From assembly GCA_003221615.1 (NCBI GenBank), contig QHSQ01000103.1, positions 14,153-78,152 on the forward strand: a stretch of DNA of 64,000 nucleotides, given 5' to 3'. This document shows, piece after piece, positions 1 to 8,116 of this stretch. Numbering within the stretch: position 1 is the stretch's first letter; each line of letters starts with the position of its first letter. The notes under the pieces were generated by a model. That model was not told the DNA's origin. It did not search any database and saw only the letters and a list, made by a program, of their open reading frames with translations. The stretch is from Candidatus Rokuibacteriota bacterium. GTDB taxonomy: Bacteria > Methylomirabilota > Methylomirabilia > Rokubacteriales > CSP1-6. The position numbers were made by a program, and so were the translations under genes.

Positions 1-243
1 ACCATCGACAAGGACCAGTTCCAGCCGAGCGAGGTCAAGGTGAAGGCGAACACCCCGTTCGTGCTGGTCGTCACGAACAAAGGAGCGAAGGCGGCGGAGT
101 TCGAGAGCAAGGACCTCCGCGTGGAGAAGGTCGTGCCGGCCGGGAAGACCGTCAACGTACGGATCCGCGCGCTCAAGCCCGGGGCGTACGCCTTCTTCGA
201 CGACTTCAACAAGGCCGCGACCGGCCGCATCGTCGCCGAATAG
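1..243 (+). CDS. cupredoxin-like periplasmic protein, 5'-truncated by the window edge (FtrB/EfeO-N-like)
   Basis: The frame is open from nt 1. TIDKDQFQPSEVKVKANTPFVLVVTNKG...PGAYAFFDDF resembles the cupredoxin-like domain found beside FTR1 permeases. The visible part has no Cys, His or Met. It ends 12 nt upstream of the FTR1 gene. Confidence 0.55.
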   Translation, partial: TIDKDQFQPSEVKVKANTPFVLVVTNKGAKAAEFESKDLRVEKVVPAGKTVNVRIRALKPGAYAFFDDFNKAATGRIVAE

Positions 244-255
244 CGCCGAGGCCCC

Positions 256-1110
256 ATGGGCGGCACCTTCGTCATCACGCTCCGCGAGGGCTTCGAAGCC
301 GCCCTCATCCTGGGCATCGTCTACACGTATCTCCAGAAGATCGGCGCGCAGCGACACTATCGCTACGCGACCCGCGGCGGGCTGCTCGGCGTGCTCGCCA
401 GCATCGCCCTCGGCGTGGTCGTCACGGCGCTGTCCGGACCGCTCCTGGATCTGGGCCCGGACCTGATCGGGCTCGGCGTGATCTTCGTCGCGGTGGTCGT
501 CCTCACCTGGCACGGGTACTGGATGCGGCAACACGCCCGCGCCGTGAAGGGCGACGTCCAGCGGCAGATCGACGAAGCCCAGGCGGCCCACCGCATGTGG
601 ATCATCGGCGTCATCGCCTTCACCGGCGTGTTTCGCGAGGGTGCCGAGACGGTGCTGTTCATGTGGGGGCTCCTGACCCAGGCGACGTCCACGTCGGGCT
701 GGGCGAGCGCGCTCGGAGCCGTGCTCGGTCTCATCATGGCGGCCTCGCTCGGCTGGGCGATCTTCCGCGGCGGCCGACACGTGAGCCTGCAGCAGTTCTT
801 CGGGGTCACGTCGATCTTCCTGCTGCTGCTGGCCGCCGGCATGTTCAGCACGGGCATCGGTCGGCTCGAGGTGATGGGATTCCTCCCGGCGACGCCGATC
901 GCCTGGGACACCACGTTCTTGCTCGACGATCACGGCTTGGTGGGCGGATTCCTGAACGGGCTGATCGGCTACCGATCACGCCCCTCGGTGCTCGAGGCCG
1001 GGAGCTATCTCGTCTATCTGATCGTCGCCGGCGCGCTTCTGGTCAGATCGGGGCCGGCGACGCCGCGGTCGCGCGCGCCGAAGGGGCGTATCCCGGCACA
1101 CGCCGCCTGA
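256..1110 (+). CDS. FTR1/EfeU-family high-affinity iron permease
   Basis: 284 aa polytopic membrane protein with two REGxE motifs (REGFEAAL, REGAETVL), which are typical of FTR1 permeases. Confidence 0.85.
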   Translation: MGGTFVITLREGFEAALILGIVYTYLQKIGAQRHYRYATRGGLLGVLASIALGVVVTALSGPLLDLGPDLIGLGVIFVAVVVLTWHGYWMRQHARAVKGDVQRQIDEAQAAHRMWIIGVIAFTGVFREGAETVLFMWGLLTQATSTSGWASALGAVLGLIMAASLGWAIFRGGRHVSLQQFFGVTSIFLLLLAAGMFSTGIGRLEVMGFLPATPIAWDTTFLLDDHGLVGGFLNGLIGYRSRPSVLEAGSYLVYLIVAGALLVRSGPATPRSRAPKGRIPAHAA

Positions 1111-1289
1111 ATTATGTACCCCTAGCTCACCGAGCCTGAGCCTCGGACCTACGCATCGCGCGGCGCAGGGAGCCCGCGGTGAATTCGGCAGATACATAGA
1201 CCAGCCAGCGATCCGGAGCCGATCGATTCCGGTAGCCAGCCAAGTGAGCCCACGCCGCACGAATGGCGGCGCCATGGGGAGGACGCGGC

Positions 1290-2897
1290 ATGGCTGCATG
1301 GATGCGATCGGCAGGTATGGCGGCGTGCGTCGTGAGCCTGGCGCTATTCGGCGGAGCGACGCCGGTCGGCGCGGCGTCGCCCGAAGTGCTCGACGCCAAG
1401 CTGAAGGCACTCCAGGAGGAGGTGGACGCCCTGAAGAAGGAGATCGAGAAGTCCCGAAAGGCGCCCACCGTCGTCGCGCCACCCGCACCGGCGCCGACGA
1501 GCGGGACGCCGCCTCCAGGTGAGCCGGCCCCGGCGACCGCTCCCACGACCGCCGCGCAGCCGCAAGCCCCGCCGGCGACGACCACGCCGTGGATCACCGA
1601 CTTCAAGATCGGCGGCTACGGGTCGACACGGTTCGAGGCGTCCGATATCGACAAGGTCGGGGACACCTTCACCTTCCGGCGCTTCGTCTTGAGCGGTGAC
1701 GCGACGATCGCGAACCGCATCCGCAGCGTCGTCGAGCTCGAGTTCGAGCATCTGACCGAGCTGGAAGTGGAAAAATCGGCGCCCTCGGAGGGCGGTCTCC
1801 GCGGCTTCTCGAACTCGATCGAGAGCAGCAACGGCTCCGAGATCTCACTCGAGCAGGCGTGGGTCGAATTCATGCTCGCCGAATGGCTTCGGTTCCGTGC
1901 GGGGATGCTGCTGGTGCCGCTCGGCCGCTTCAACCTCAACCACGACGACAACCGCTGGGACCTCCCGCGGCGCTCGCTGGTCGACCGCGGCGTCCCGGTC
2001 CTTCCGTCGACGGCCGCGTGGTCGGAAGTCGGTATGGGATTCGCCGGGGACGTCGACGGCGGCTCCTGGGGCAAATTCGGCTACCAGGTCTACGTCATGA
2101 ACGGCGTCACGCTCGACGCGAGCCTGGAGACCGTGGCGCGCGCCAGCGGCGAGCTGGAAACCGAGGTTGAGATCAAGCCGCAGCGTGGCACCGCGAACAT
2201 CGACGTGAAGAAGGACAAGGCCGGGGCCTTGCGGATCTTCTGGAGCCCGTCCCTCGGCAACGAGATCGGAACGTCGGTCTACTACGGCCGCTACACGCCG
2301 GACTTCCTGCCGTCGGAGACGGTATGGTCCCTCAGCACGGACGGCAAGCTCACGCTCGGCCCCTTCGAGATCGAGGGCCAGTACGTGTACACGCGCTGGA
2401 ACGGTATCAAACGGGTCGCCCAGGGCTTCGCCAACGCCGTCGCCGAGCAGGAGATCGCGGCCGGGACGGCGCCGCTCGACGTGGTCGTCGAGTTCGAGCT
2501 GGCCGGCCTCGCCGACTCGAAGCAAGGCTACTGGCTCGATCTGCGCTATCGCTTCTTCCCCGAGTTCCTGCGCGGGACCGTCTTCGGTCGGCCCTTCGAG
2601 AATCCGCAGTTCGTCCTGACCACGCGCTGGGAGCAGGTGTGGCTGCACAATCTCGTGAAGGAGATCCTCTTCACCGGGAGCACGCTCAGCGAGATCTCGC
2701 GCGAGGACCGCTACGTCAACCGCGCGACTCTCGGGTTCACCTATCGCCCCGTGCCGCTGGTCGCCTTCCAGCTCGCCTACGAGCGCACCTGGACCGACAA
2801 CGGCAAGAGCCTCGCGTCGGTGACGAACTTCATTCCGGCGCGGCGCAGCGAGGATACGCAGAACTCGTTCCTCTTCGGGGTCGCGTTCGGCTTCTGA
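1290..2897 (+). CDS. outer-membrane beta-barrel porin with N-terminal coiled coil (OprO/P-like)
   Basis: Signal peptide (MAAWMRSAGMAACVVSLALFGGATPVGA), coiled coil (LDAKLKALQEEVDALKKEIEK), Pro/Ala/Thr linker, alternating beta-strand pattern and a C-terminal FGF beta-signal. GGGAGGA lies 6 nt before the ATG at 1290; the ORF opens at 1263. Confidence 0.55.
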   Translation: MAAWMRSAGMAACVVSLALFGGATPVGAASPEVLDAKLKALQEEVDALKKEIEKSRKAPTVVAPPAPAPTSGTPPPGEPAPATAPTTAAQPQAPPATTTPWITDFKIGGYGSTRFEASDIDKVGDTFTFRRFVLSGDATIANRIRSVVELEFEHLTELEVEKSAPSEGGLRGFSNSIESSNGSEISLEQAWVEFMLAEWLRFRAGMLLVPLGRFNLNHDDNRWDLPRRSLVDRGVPVLPSTAAWSEVGMGFAGDVDGGSWGKFGYQVYVMNGVTLDASLETVARASGELETEVEIKPQRGTANIDVKKDKAGALRIFWSPSLGNEIGTSVYYGRYTPDFLPSETVWSLSTDGKLTLGPFEIEGQYVYTRWNGIKRVAQGFANAVAEQEIAAGTAPLDVVVEFELAGLADSKQGYWLDLRYRFFPEFLRGTVFGRPFENPQFVLTTRWEQVWLHNLVKEILFTGSTLSEISREDRYVNRATLGFTYRPVPLVAFQLAYERTWTDNGKSLASVTNFIPARRSEDTQNSFLFGVAFGF

Positions 2898-3457
2898 TGC
2901 TCTCGCGGCGTCGATTCCTGGGCGGCGCGACCGGCGCCTGGCTCGTTCTCGGGCCGGCTGGTCTCGCCGCTCAGGAAGGCGTCTTCCTGACCGCAGACGA
3001 GGCTTCGCGCCAATTGTTCCCGGACGCCGCGATCACCCCTCGCACCGTGGTCGCGACGCCGGCCCTGCAGCAGCGGATCCGGGATCTGCTCGGGCGCCCA
3101 CCGAGCCTCTGGGAGGAGTCGTATCGGATCAGCACGCTCACGCGGGCCGACGCCGTCGCGGGATTCGTCGTCGTCGTCGAGGAGATCGGCAAGCACCGGC
3201 CCATCACGTTCGCCGTCGGCGTCCGGCCGGACGGCAAAGTGCAGGACATGGCGGTCCTCGCCTACCGGGAGGCGTACGGGGGCGAGATCAAGGACAGGAG
3301 ATTCCTCGGCCAGTACCGCGAGAAAGGCCTGGGGGACGTCCTGCTTCCATTCCGCGACATTCGTAACATCTCGGGCGCGACTCTGTCGGTGCAGGCGACC
3401 GGGCGGGCCGCTCGCAAGGCCATCGCCGTGCTGCGCGCCGCAGGCGACCTCCCGTGA
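2897..3457 (+). CDS. Tat-exported FMN-binding domain protein (flavinylation motif SGAT)
   Basis: The ATG overlaps the porin stop (TGATG). Twin-arginine signal MLSRRRFLGGATGAW. FMN_bind-type motif NISGATLSVQATG, with the Thr codon at 3380-3382. Confidence 0.7.
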   Translation: MLSRRRFLGGATGAWLVLGPAGLAAQEGVFLTADEASRQLFPDAAITPRTVVATPALQQRIRDLLGRPPSLWEESYRISTLTRADAVAGFVVVVEEIGKHRPITFAVGVRPDGKVQDMAVLAYREAYGGEIKDRRFLGQYREKGLGDVLLPFRDIRNISGATLSVQATGRAARKAIAVLRAAGDLP

Positions 3458-4364
3458 GCTCGGTTCGACTGGTGACCCATGTCAGACCCCGGATGGGCAC
3501 CCTTCTCGCGGTCACGCTGGCAGGCGACCGATCCAACGTTCCGCCGGACCTCTCGCGCGTCTTCGCGACGGCGGCGGCATGGGAACGCGTGATGAGCCGC
3601 CACGCACCGACCACGCCGCTCGCGCGATTGAACCGGCGCGCCGGAGATCCCGCTGGTGTCGTTTCGCGCGCCCTGGCGACCGCGGTCGGTCTGGGTCGTG
3701 AGCTGGCCGCGCGAACGGGTGGCGCCTTCGACCCGACGATTGCGCCGCTCGCGAAGCTCTGGCAGAGCGCCGCCCGCCGCGGCCGGCGGCGCGAGAGCTC
3801 GAGCGCGCGCGCCGACTGGTCGGCTGGCGCTCGATCGAGATCGCCCGACCGCGCGTCGCGCTGCGCGCGCGGGGAATGGCGCTCGATCTCGGCGCGCTCG
3901 GCAAGGGGATCGCGCTGGATCGAATCGCGAGACACCTCCGGCGCGGTGGCTGTCCCTCGGCGCTCGTCAATTTCGGCGAATCGAGTCTCGTCGCGATCGG
4001 ACGGCCCCCGCGCGGGCGGTGGCGCGTCGCCCTGCGGCATCCCGAAGGCGGCTTCGCCGGCGAGTTCGCGCTGGACGACCGCGCCTGCTCGACCTCGGCG
4101 ACGTGGGGTCAGACCGTGCGCCTCGGTCGCACGGTGCTCGGGCACATCGTCGATCCCAGAACCGGCAAGCCGCTGCGGCGGCACGCCCAGGTGACCGTGC
4201 TCGCGCCCTCGGCCACCGTGGCCGAAGCCCTATCGACCGCGCTCCTCGTCCTGGGCCCTCGGGCCCTGCACGACGTGGCGCGCGACTTCGGGATCGACGC
4301 CTGCTGGATCGATCGCCTCGGGATTCGCACGACTCCCGGCTTCGGTATCCGCCGAGCGGCGTAG
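3454..4364 (+). pseudogene. apbE: ApbE-family FAD:protein FMN transferase, reading frame broken by an apparent 1-nt indel
   Basis: The N-terminal part in the frame of 3454 (MGTLLAVTL, FDPTIAPLAKLW) and the C-terminal part in the frame of 3876 (ARELERARRLVGW, LDLGALGKGIALDR, GHIVDPRTGKP) both look like ApbE. The frames switch inside the GC run around 3765-3790. The GTG start overlaps the upstream stop (GTGA). Confidence 0.7.
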
Positions 4365-4371
4365 CCCCGCC

Positions 4372-4863
4372 ATGCGGGAGTTCGCCAAAGGCTCATTCAC
4401 GCTGCGTCAGGCGCCGCGGCCTCTGCGTCTCATCTACGCCGCCTTCCTCCTGCTGGTGGGCGTCGGCATCGCCACCGAGCTCGGCTTCGAGATCGAGCGC
4501 ATCGGCCTGACGCCCGCGCGCGTGGCCGCGTACTATCGCGGGGGCGAGGACGCGACCGTCATGACCTTTCCGAAGACCTTCGGCCAGCTGCTCGAGGTCA
4601 CGCACGCGCATGCCTTCATGATGGCCGTGATCTTCCTGATTCTCGCTCATCTCTTCGCCGCGACATCGACGTCCGGCGCGTTGCGGGCAATCGTGCTCGG
4701 CGTCGCCTTTGCCGGCATGCTGGGGAACCTGGCGGCCCCGTGGCTCACGCGGTACGGCGCGGCCTGGTGCGCCTGGATCCTGTTGTTCTCGTGGGCCGCC
4801 CAGGGAGCGGGATCCGTCCTGATGGTCGCGGTCAGCGCGTGGGAGTGCCTCACGCCGAGCTGA
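4372..4863 (+). CDS. small 4-TM membrane protein of unknown function (His cluster on TM2)
   Basis: 163 aa with four hydrophobic segments. THAHAFMMAVIFLILAHLF places three His on one helix. It starts 8 nt after apbE on the same strand. Confidence 0.5.
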   Translation: MREFAKGSFTLRQAPRPLRLIYAAFLLLVGVGIATELGFEIERIGLTPARVAAYYRGGEDATVMTFPKTFGQLLEVTHAHAFMMAVIFLILAHLFAATSTSGALRAIVLGVAFAGMLGNLAAPWLTRYGAAWCAWILLFSWAAQGAGSVLMVAVSAWECLTPS

Positions 4864-4882
4864 GAGCGTCCCCGATAGGGCA

Positions 4883-4910
4883 TTGACACCCACCGACCGC
4901 GCGTTACCAT
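4883..4910 (+). promoter_or_regulatory. promoter candidate TTGACA-N16-TACCAT upstream of SBP 4951
   Basis: The TTGACAC and CGTTACCATCC(T/G)GCCAC blocks are conserved with the upstream region of the paralog at 10168-10197. Confidence 0.4.
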
Positions 4911-4950
4911 CCTGCCACGCGCGAGCCGTATGCCTCACCGAGGAGGCAAC

Positions 4951-6576
4951 ATGATGGCTGGACCGATCAACCGTCGTACCTTCATCACACGCAGCGGAGC
5001 CACCGCGGCCGGGCTCCTTGGCGCGCCGCTGCTCTCGGCCCCACGCGCCCGCGCCGCGGGCGAGCGGCTCGTGGTGGCGGTGGGACAGTGGGGCATCGAA
5101 ACCCCGTTCGCGTGGCGCTCCAGCCAGTCCGAGAAGACGTTGTGGGACTGCGCGTACGACCCTTTGATCATGCGCGACCCGAAGACCTTCGAATATCGCC
5201 CCGGGCTTGCCACGGAATGGAAGCCGTCGCACGAGCTCAGGACGTGGACGTTCAAGCTGCGCTCGGGTGTGCAGTTCCACGAGGGCTTCGGCGAGATGAC
5301 CGCGGAGGACGTGAAGTTCACGGTCGAGCAGAACCTCAAGCCCGATTCGCAAGGTGGGTCGGCGCCGTTCTTCCGCACGCACCTCGAGCGCATCGAGACG
5401 CCCGACAAGCACACGGTCGTGATGCACTTCAAGAACCGGGTCTGGGAGGTGCCGTCGAACTTCACCCAGTTCGTCGGCTACCAGAACATCACCTCGAAGA
5501 AGTACATCGAGTCGGTCGGCGAGGACAAGGCGTCCCTTCACCCGATCGGCACTGGCCCCTTCCGGCACGTGGAGGGCAAGCAGGGCGACTATCACCGCTT
5601 CGAGGCGGTCGCCAGCCACTGGCGAAAGACTCCCGCGTTCAAGGAGCTGATCATCCGGCGAATTCCCGATCCGGCGACGCGTCTGGCCGGGCTCCGGTCC
5701 GGCGAGATCGACATCGGCAACGTGTTCGGCGACTACCTGGATCAGGCGCGCAAGGCGGGCCTCAGGATCCACGAGACGCCGAACGCCGCCTGTCACTGGG
5801 TCGTCCTGCAGGGCCAGACGACGCCGGACCGCGAGGACTACTGTCCGACATGCCCGTGGGCAGGCGACCCGAGCGATCCCAAGAGTCTCGAGAACGCGCG
5901 CAAGGTCCGGCTCGCGCTGAACCTGGCGGTGAACAAGAAGACGATCGTCAGCGCCCTCTGGAAGGGCATGGGCTCCGAAGCGCCCTTCATGTACTGGTAC
6001 TACCCCTTCCACAAGGGCTTCAAGACGGACTGGAAGGTGCCGCCGTACGATCCCGAGCGCGCCAAGAAGCTTCTGGCGGAGGCGGGGCACGCCGGCGGCT
6101 TCGAGGTCCGGATGAATCCGATGGTGATGACCTACGCGCTCGACGGCCCCGACATGGTCGAGGCGGTCGCGCTCGACTGGGAGAAGATCGGCATCAAGGT
6201 CCGACGCGTTCCCGAAGCGTTCAGCAACTTCCTGCCGAAGAACCGCGCTCGCAAGACGAACAAGACGCACTGGGTCTACGGCTCGCCGCCCTTCGACGAG
6301 CCCGTGCTCGGCTGGCAGCGCGCCATCTACTCGAAGGGTGCCTTCAACATCCTGTGCGACGGGGCGTACGACGAGGACGTCGACACGATCTCGCGCGAGC
6401 TCGACACGGACAAGCGGGCGAGGATGACGCAGGCGCTGGGCCAGCGGCTCTACGACGACTACCGCGGCGTGATGCTCGGGATGCGCTCGCTGACGTGGGC
6501 GGTGAGCAAGAAGGTCAACAGCTGGCAGACGCTCGTCTACGTGCCGCTCGAGAACAACTACGAATACGTGGGCTGA
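4951..6576 (+). CDS. ABC transporter substrate-binding protein, family 5 (Dpp/Opp-type), Tat-like signal
   Basis: AGGAGG at 4941-4946 precedes ATGATG. Signal INRRTFITRSGATAAGLLGAP...ARA. Family-5 SBP length and motifs. About 78 percent identical (by eye) to the 10232 paralog. Confidence 0.85.
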   Translation: MMAGPINRRTFITRSGATAAGLLGAPLLSAPRARAAGERLVVAVGQWGIETPFAWRSSQSEKTLWDCAYDPLIMRDPKTFEYRPGLATEWKPSHELRTWTFKLRSGVQFHEGFGEMTAEDVKFTVEQNLKPDSQGGSAPFFRTHLERIETPDKHTVVMHFKNRVWEVPSNFTQFVGYQNITSKKYIESVGEDKASLHPIGTGPFRHVEGKQGDYHRFEAVASHWRKTPAFKELIIRRIPDPATRLAGLRSGEIDIGNVFGDYLDQARKAGLRIHETPNAACHWVVLQGQTTPDREDYCPTCPWAGDPSDPKSLENARKVRLALNLAVNKKTIVSALWKGMGSEAPFMYWYYPFHKGFKTDWKVPPYDPERAKKLLAEAGHAGGFEVRMNPMVMTYALDGPDMVEAVALDWEKIGIKVRRVPEAFSNFLPKNRARKTNKTHWVYGSPPFDEPVLGWQRAIYSKGAFNILCDGAYDEDVDTISRELDTDKRARMTQALGQRLYDDYRGVMLGMRSLTWAVSKKVNSWQTLVYVPLENNYEYVG

Positions 6577-6592
6577 TCCAGGGGAGGCCCCC

Positions 6593-8116
6593 ATGAACGG
6601 TCGGGTCGCTTCGCTCCTCACGGCCGTGCTGCTGGCTCTGGCCGCGAACCCGGCGGGCGCCGCCCAGCCCGGGGAAGCGGTGATGGCGTGGCACGTCACG
6701 CTCGCGCCGACGTGGTTCGATCCCTCGACGGCGCCGCCGCAGATCACGCCCTTCGGCATGCTCTACGCCATCCACGACGCGATGGTGCGCCCGCTGCCCG
6801 GGGCCAAGATGGGGGCGAGCCTCGCGGAATCGTGGCGGGAGAGCCCGGACGGGCTCACGTACGAGTTCAAGCTCCGCCCCGGTCTCAAGTTCCACAACGG
6901 CGATCCCGTCACGGCCGAGGACGTGAAGTTCAGCTACGAGCGTTATCGGGGTGCCGGCGCCAAGGAGCTGCAGACGCGCGTCCGCCAGGTCGACATCGTC
7001 GACGCGCTCACGATCCGCTTCCAGCTGAAGGAGCCGTGGCCCGACTTCATGACCTTCTACGGCACGACGGCCACCGCCGCCGGCATCGTCGTGCCCAAGA
7101 AATACCTGGAACGAGTCGGCGACGAGGCCTTTCGCAAGAATCCGATCGGCGCCGGCCCGTACAAGTTCGTGAGCCACACGCCGGGCGTCGAGGTCGTGCT
7201 GGACGCGTATCCGGGCTACTGGCGGCACGCCCCGTACGTCAAGCGGCTGGTCATGCGCAGCGTCACCGACGGCACCACCCGCGCGGCGATGCTCAAGACC
7301 GGCGAGGCGGACATCTCGTACGCGCTCGATGGACCCGATGCCGACACCGTGAGGCGTGACCCGCGGACCCAGATCGTGGCCTCACGCCACGCCTCGATCA
7401 ACTGGCTCGAGTTCGCGGACCAGTGGGATCCGAAGTCACCGTGGGCCGACCGACGCCTGCGGCTGGCGGTCAACCTCGCGATCAACCGCAAGGCGATCAA
7501 CGACGCCGCCTGTCTGGGCTTCTGCCCGCCGGCGGGCGTCATCGTGCCCCGCGTCATGGACTTCGCGCTCCAGGTCGAGCCGCCGCCGTACGAGCCCGCG
7601 AAGGCCAGACAGCTCCTCGCGGAGGCCGGCTACCCGAACGGCATCGACGCCGGGGACCTCGTCCCGATCCCGCCGTTCTTCACGATGGGCGAGGCGATGG
7701 TGAACTACCTGAACGCCGTCGGGATCCGCGTGAAGATGCGCCAGATGGAGCGCGCCACCTTCTATACCGCCTGGCGCGAGAAGAAGCTGCGCCCGCTCTT
7801 CATCACCGGCGTGGGCAATTCGGGCAACGCCGCCAGCCGCGTGCAGGAGTTCATCTTCTCCAAGGGGACCTACGCCTACGGCGGCTACCCGGAGATCGAC
7901 GATCTGTTCGAGCAGCAAGCGCGCGAGCGGGACCCTCGCAAGCGCGAGACGCTTCTTCACAAGATCCAGCAGATCACCATCGACAAGGTCATGTTCGCGC
8001 CGATCATGGACTTCCGCGCGCTGATGGGGATCGGGCCGCGCGTGACCGAGCACACGATCACCTGGATCCACAACTCGCCGTTCCCGTCCTACGAGGACAT
8101 GAAGATCAAGGACTAG
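6593..8116 (+). CDS. ABC transporter substrate-binding protein, family 5
   Basis: 507 aa with a signal peptide; GGGGAGG lies 5 nt upstream. It is a paralog of the 29903-31480 protein (shared blocks such as HNGDPVTAEDVKFS and GAGPYKFVS). Confidence 0.85.
   Translation: MNGRVASLLTAVLLALAANPAGAAQPGEAVMAWHVTLAPTWFDPSTAPPQITPFGMLYAIHDAMVRPLPGAKMGASLAESWRESPDGLTYEFKLRPGLKFHNGDPVTAEDVKFSYERYRGAGAKELQTRVRQVDIVDALTIRFQLKEPWPDFMTFYGTTATAAGIVVPKKYLERVGDEAFRKNPIGAGPYKFVSHTPGVEVVLDAYPGYWRHAPYVKRLVMRSVTDGTTRAAMLKTGEADISYALDGPDADTVRRDPRTQIVASRHASINWLEFADQWDPKSPWADRRLRLAVNLAINRKAINDAACLGFCPPAGVIVPRVMDFALQVEPPPYEPAKARQLLAEAGYPNGIDAGDLVPIPPFFTMGEAMVNYLNAVGIRVKMRQMERATFYTAWREKKLRPLFITGVGNSGNAASRVQEFIFSKGTYAYGGYPEIDDLFEQQARERDPRKRETLLHKIQQITIDKVMFAPIMDFRALMGIGPRVTEHTITWIHNSPFPSYEDMKIKD

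Noticed and set aside
1440-1600. Pro/Ala/Thr-rich stretch in the porin (PPAPAPTSGTPPPGEPAPATAPTTAAQPQAPPATTT) considered as a tandem DNA repeat or CRISPR-like array
   Set aside because: There is no exact nucleotide periodicity. It is a low-complexity linker between the coiled coil and the barrel. No CRISPR-like repeat-spacer structure exists anywhere in the window.
4393-6759. 788-aa minus-strand ORF antisense to the family-5 SBP gene. The same pattern appears at 35256-37655 (-), 37624-39705 (-), 39549-41210 (-), 8985-10145 (+), 22077-23747 (+), 59977-61845 (+), 10739-11890 (-), 11775-13214 (-) and others.
   Set aside because: The composition is Arg/Ala/Gly/Pro/Asp-rich and has no recognisable motifs. 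Each lies fully antisense to or overlaps a gene with clear family signatures and an RBS. Long stop-free antisense frames are expected in DNA this G+C-rich.
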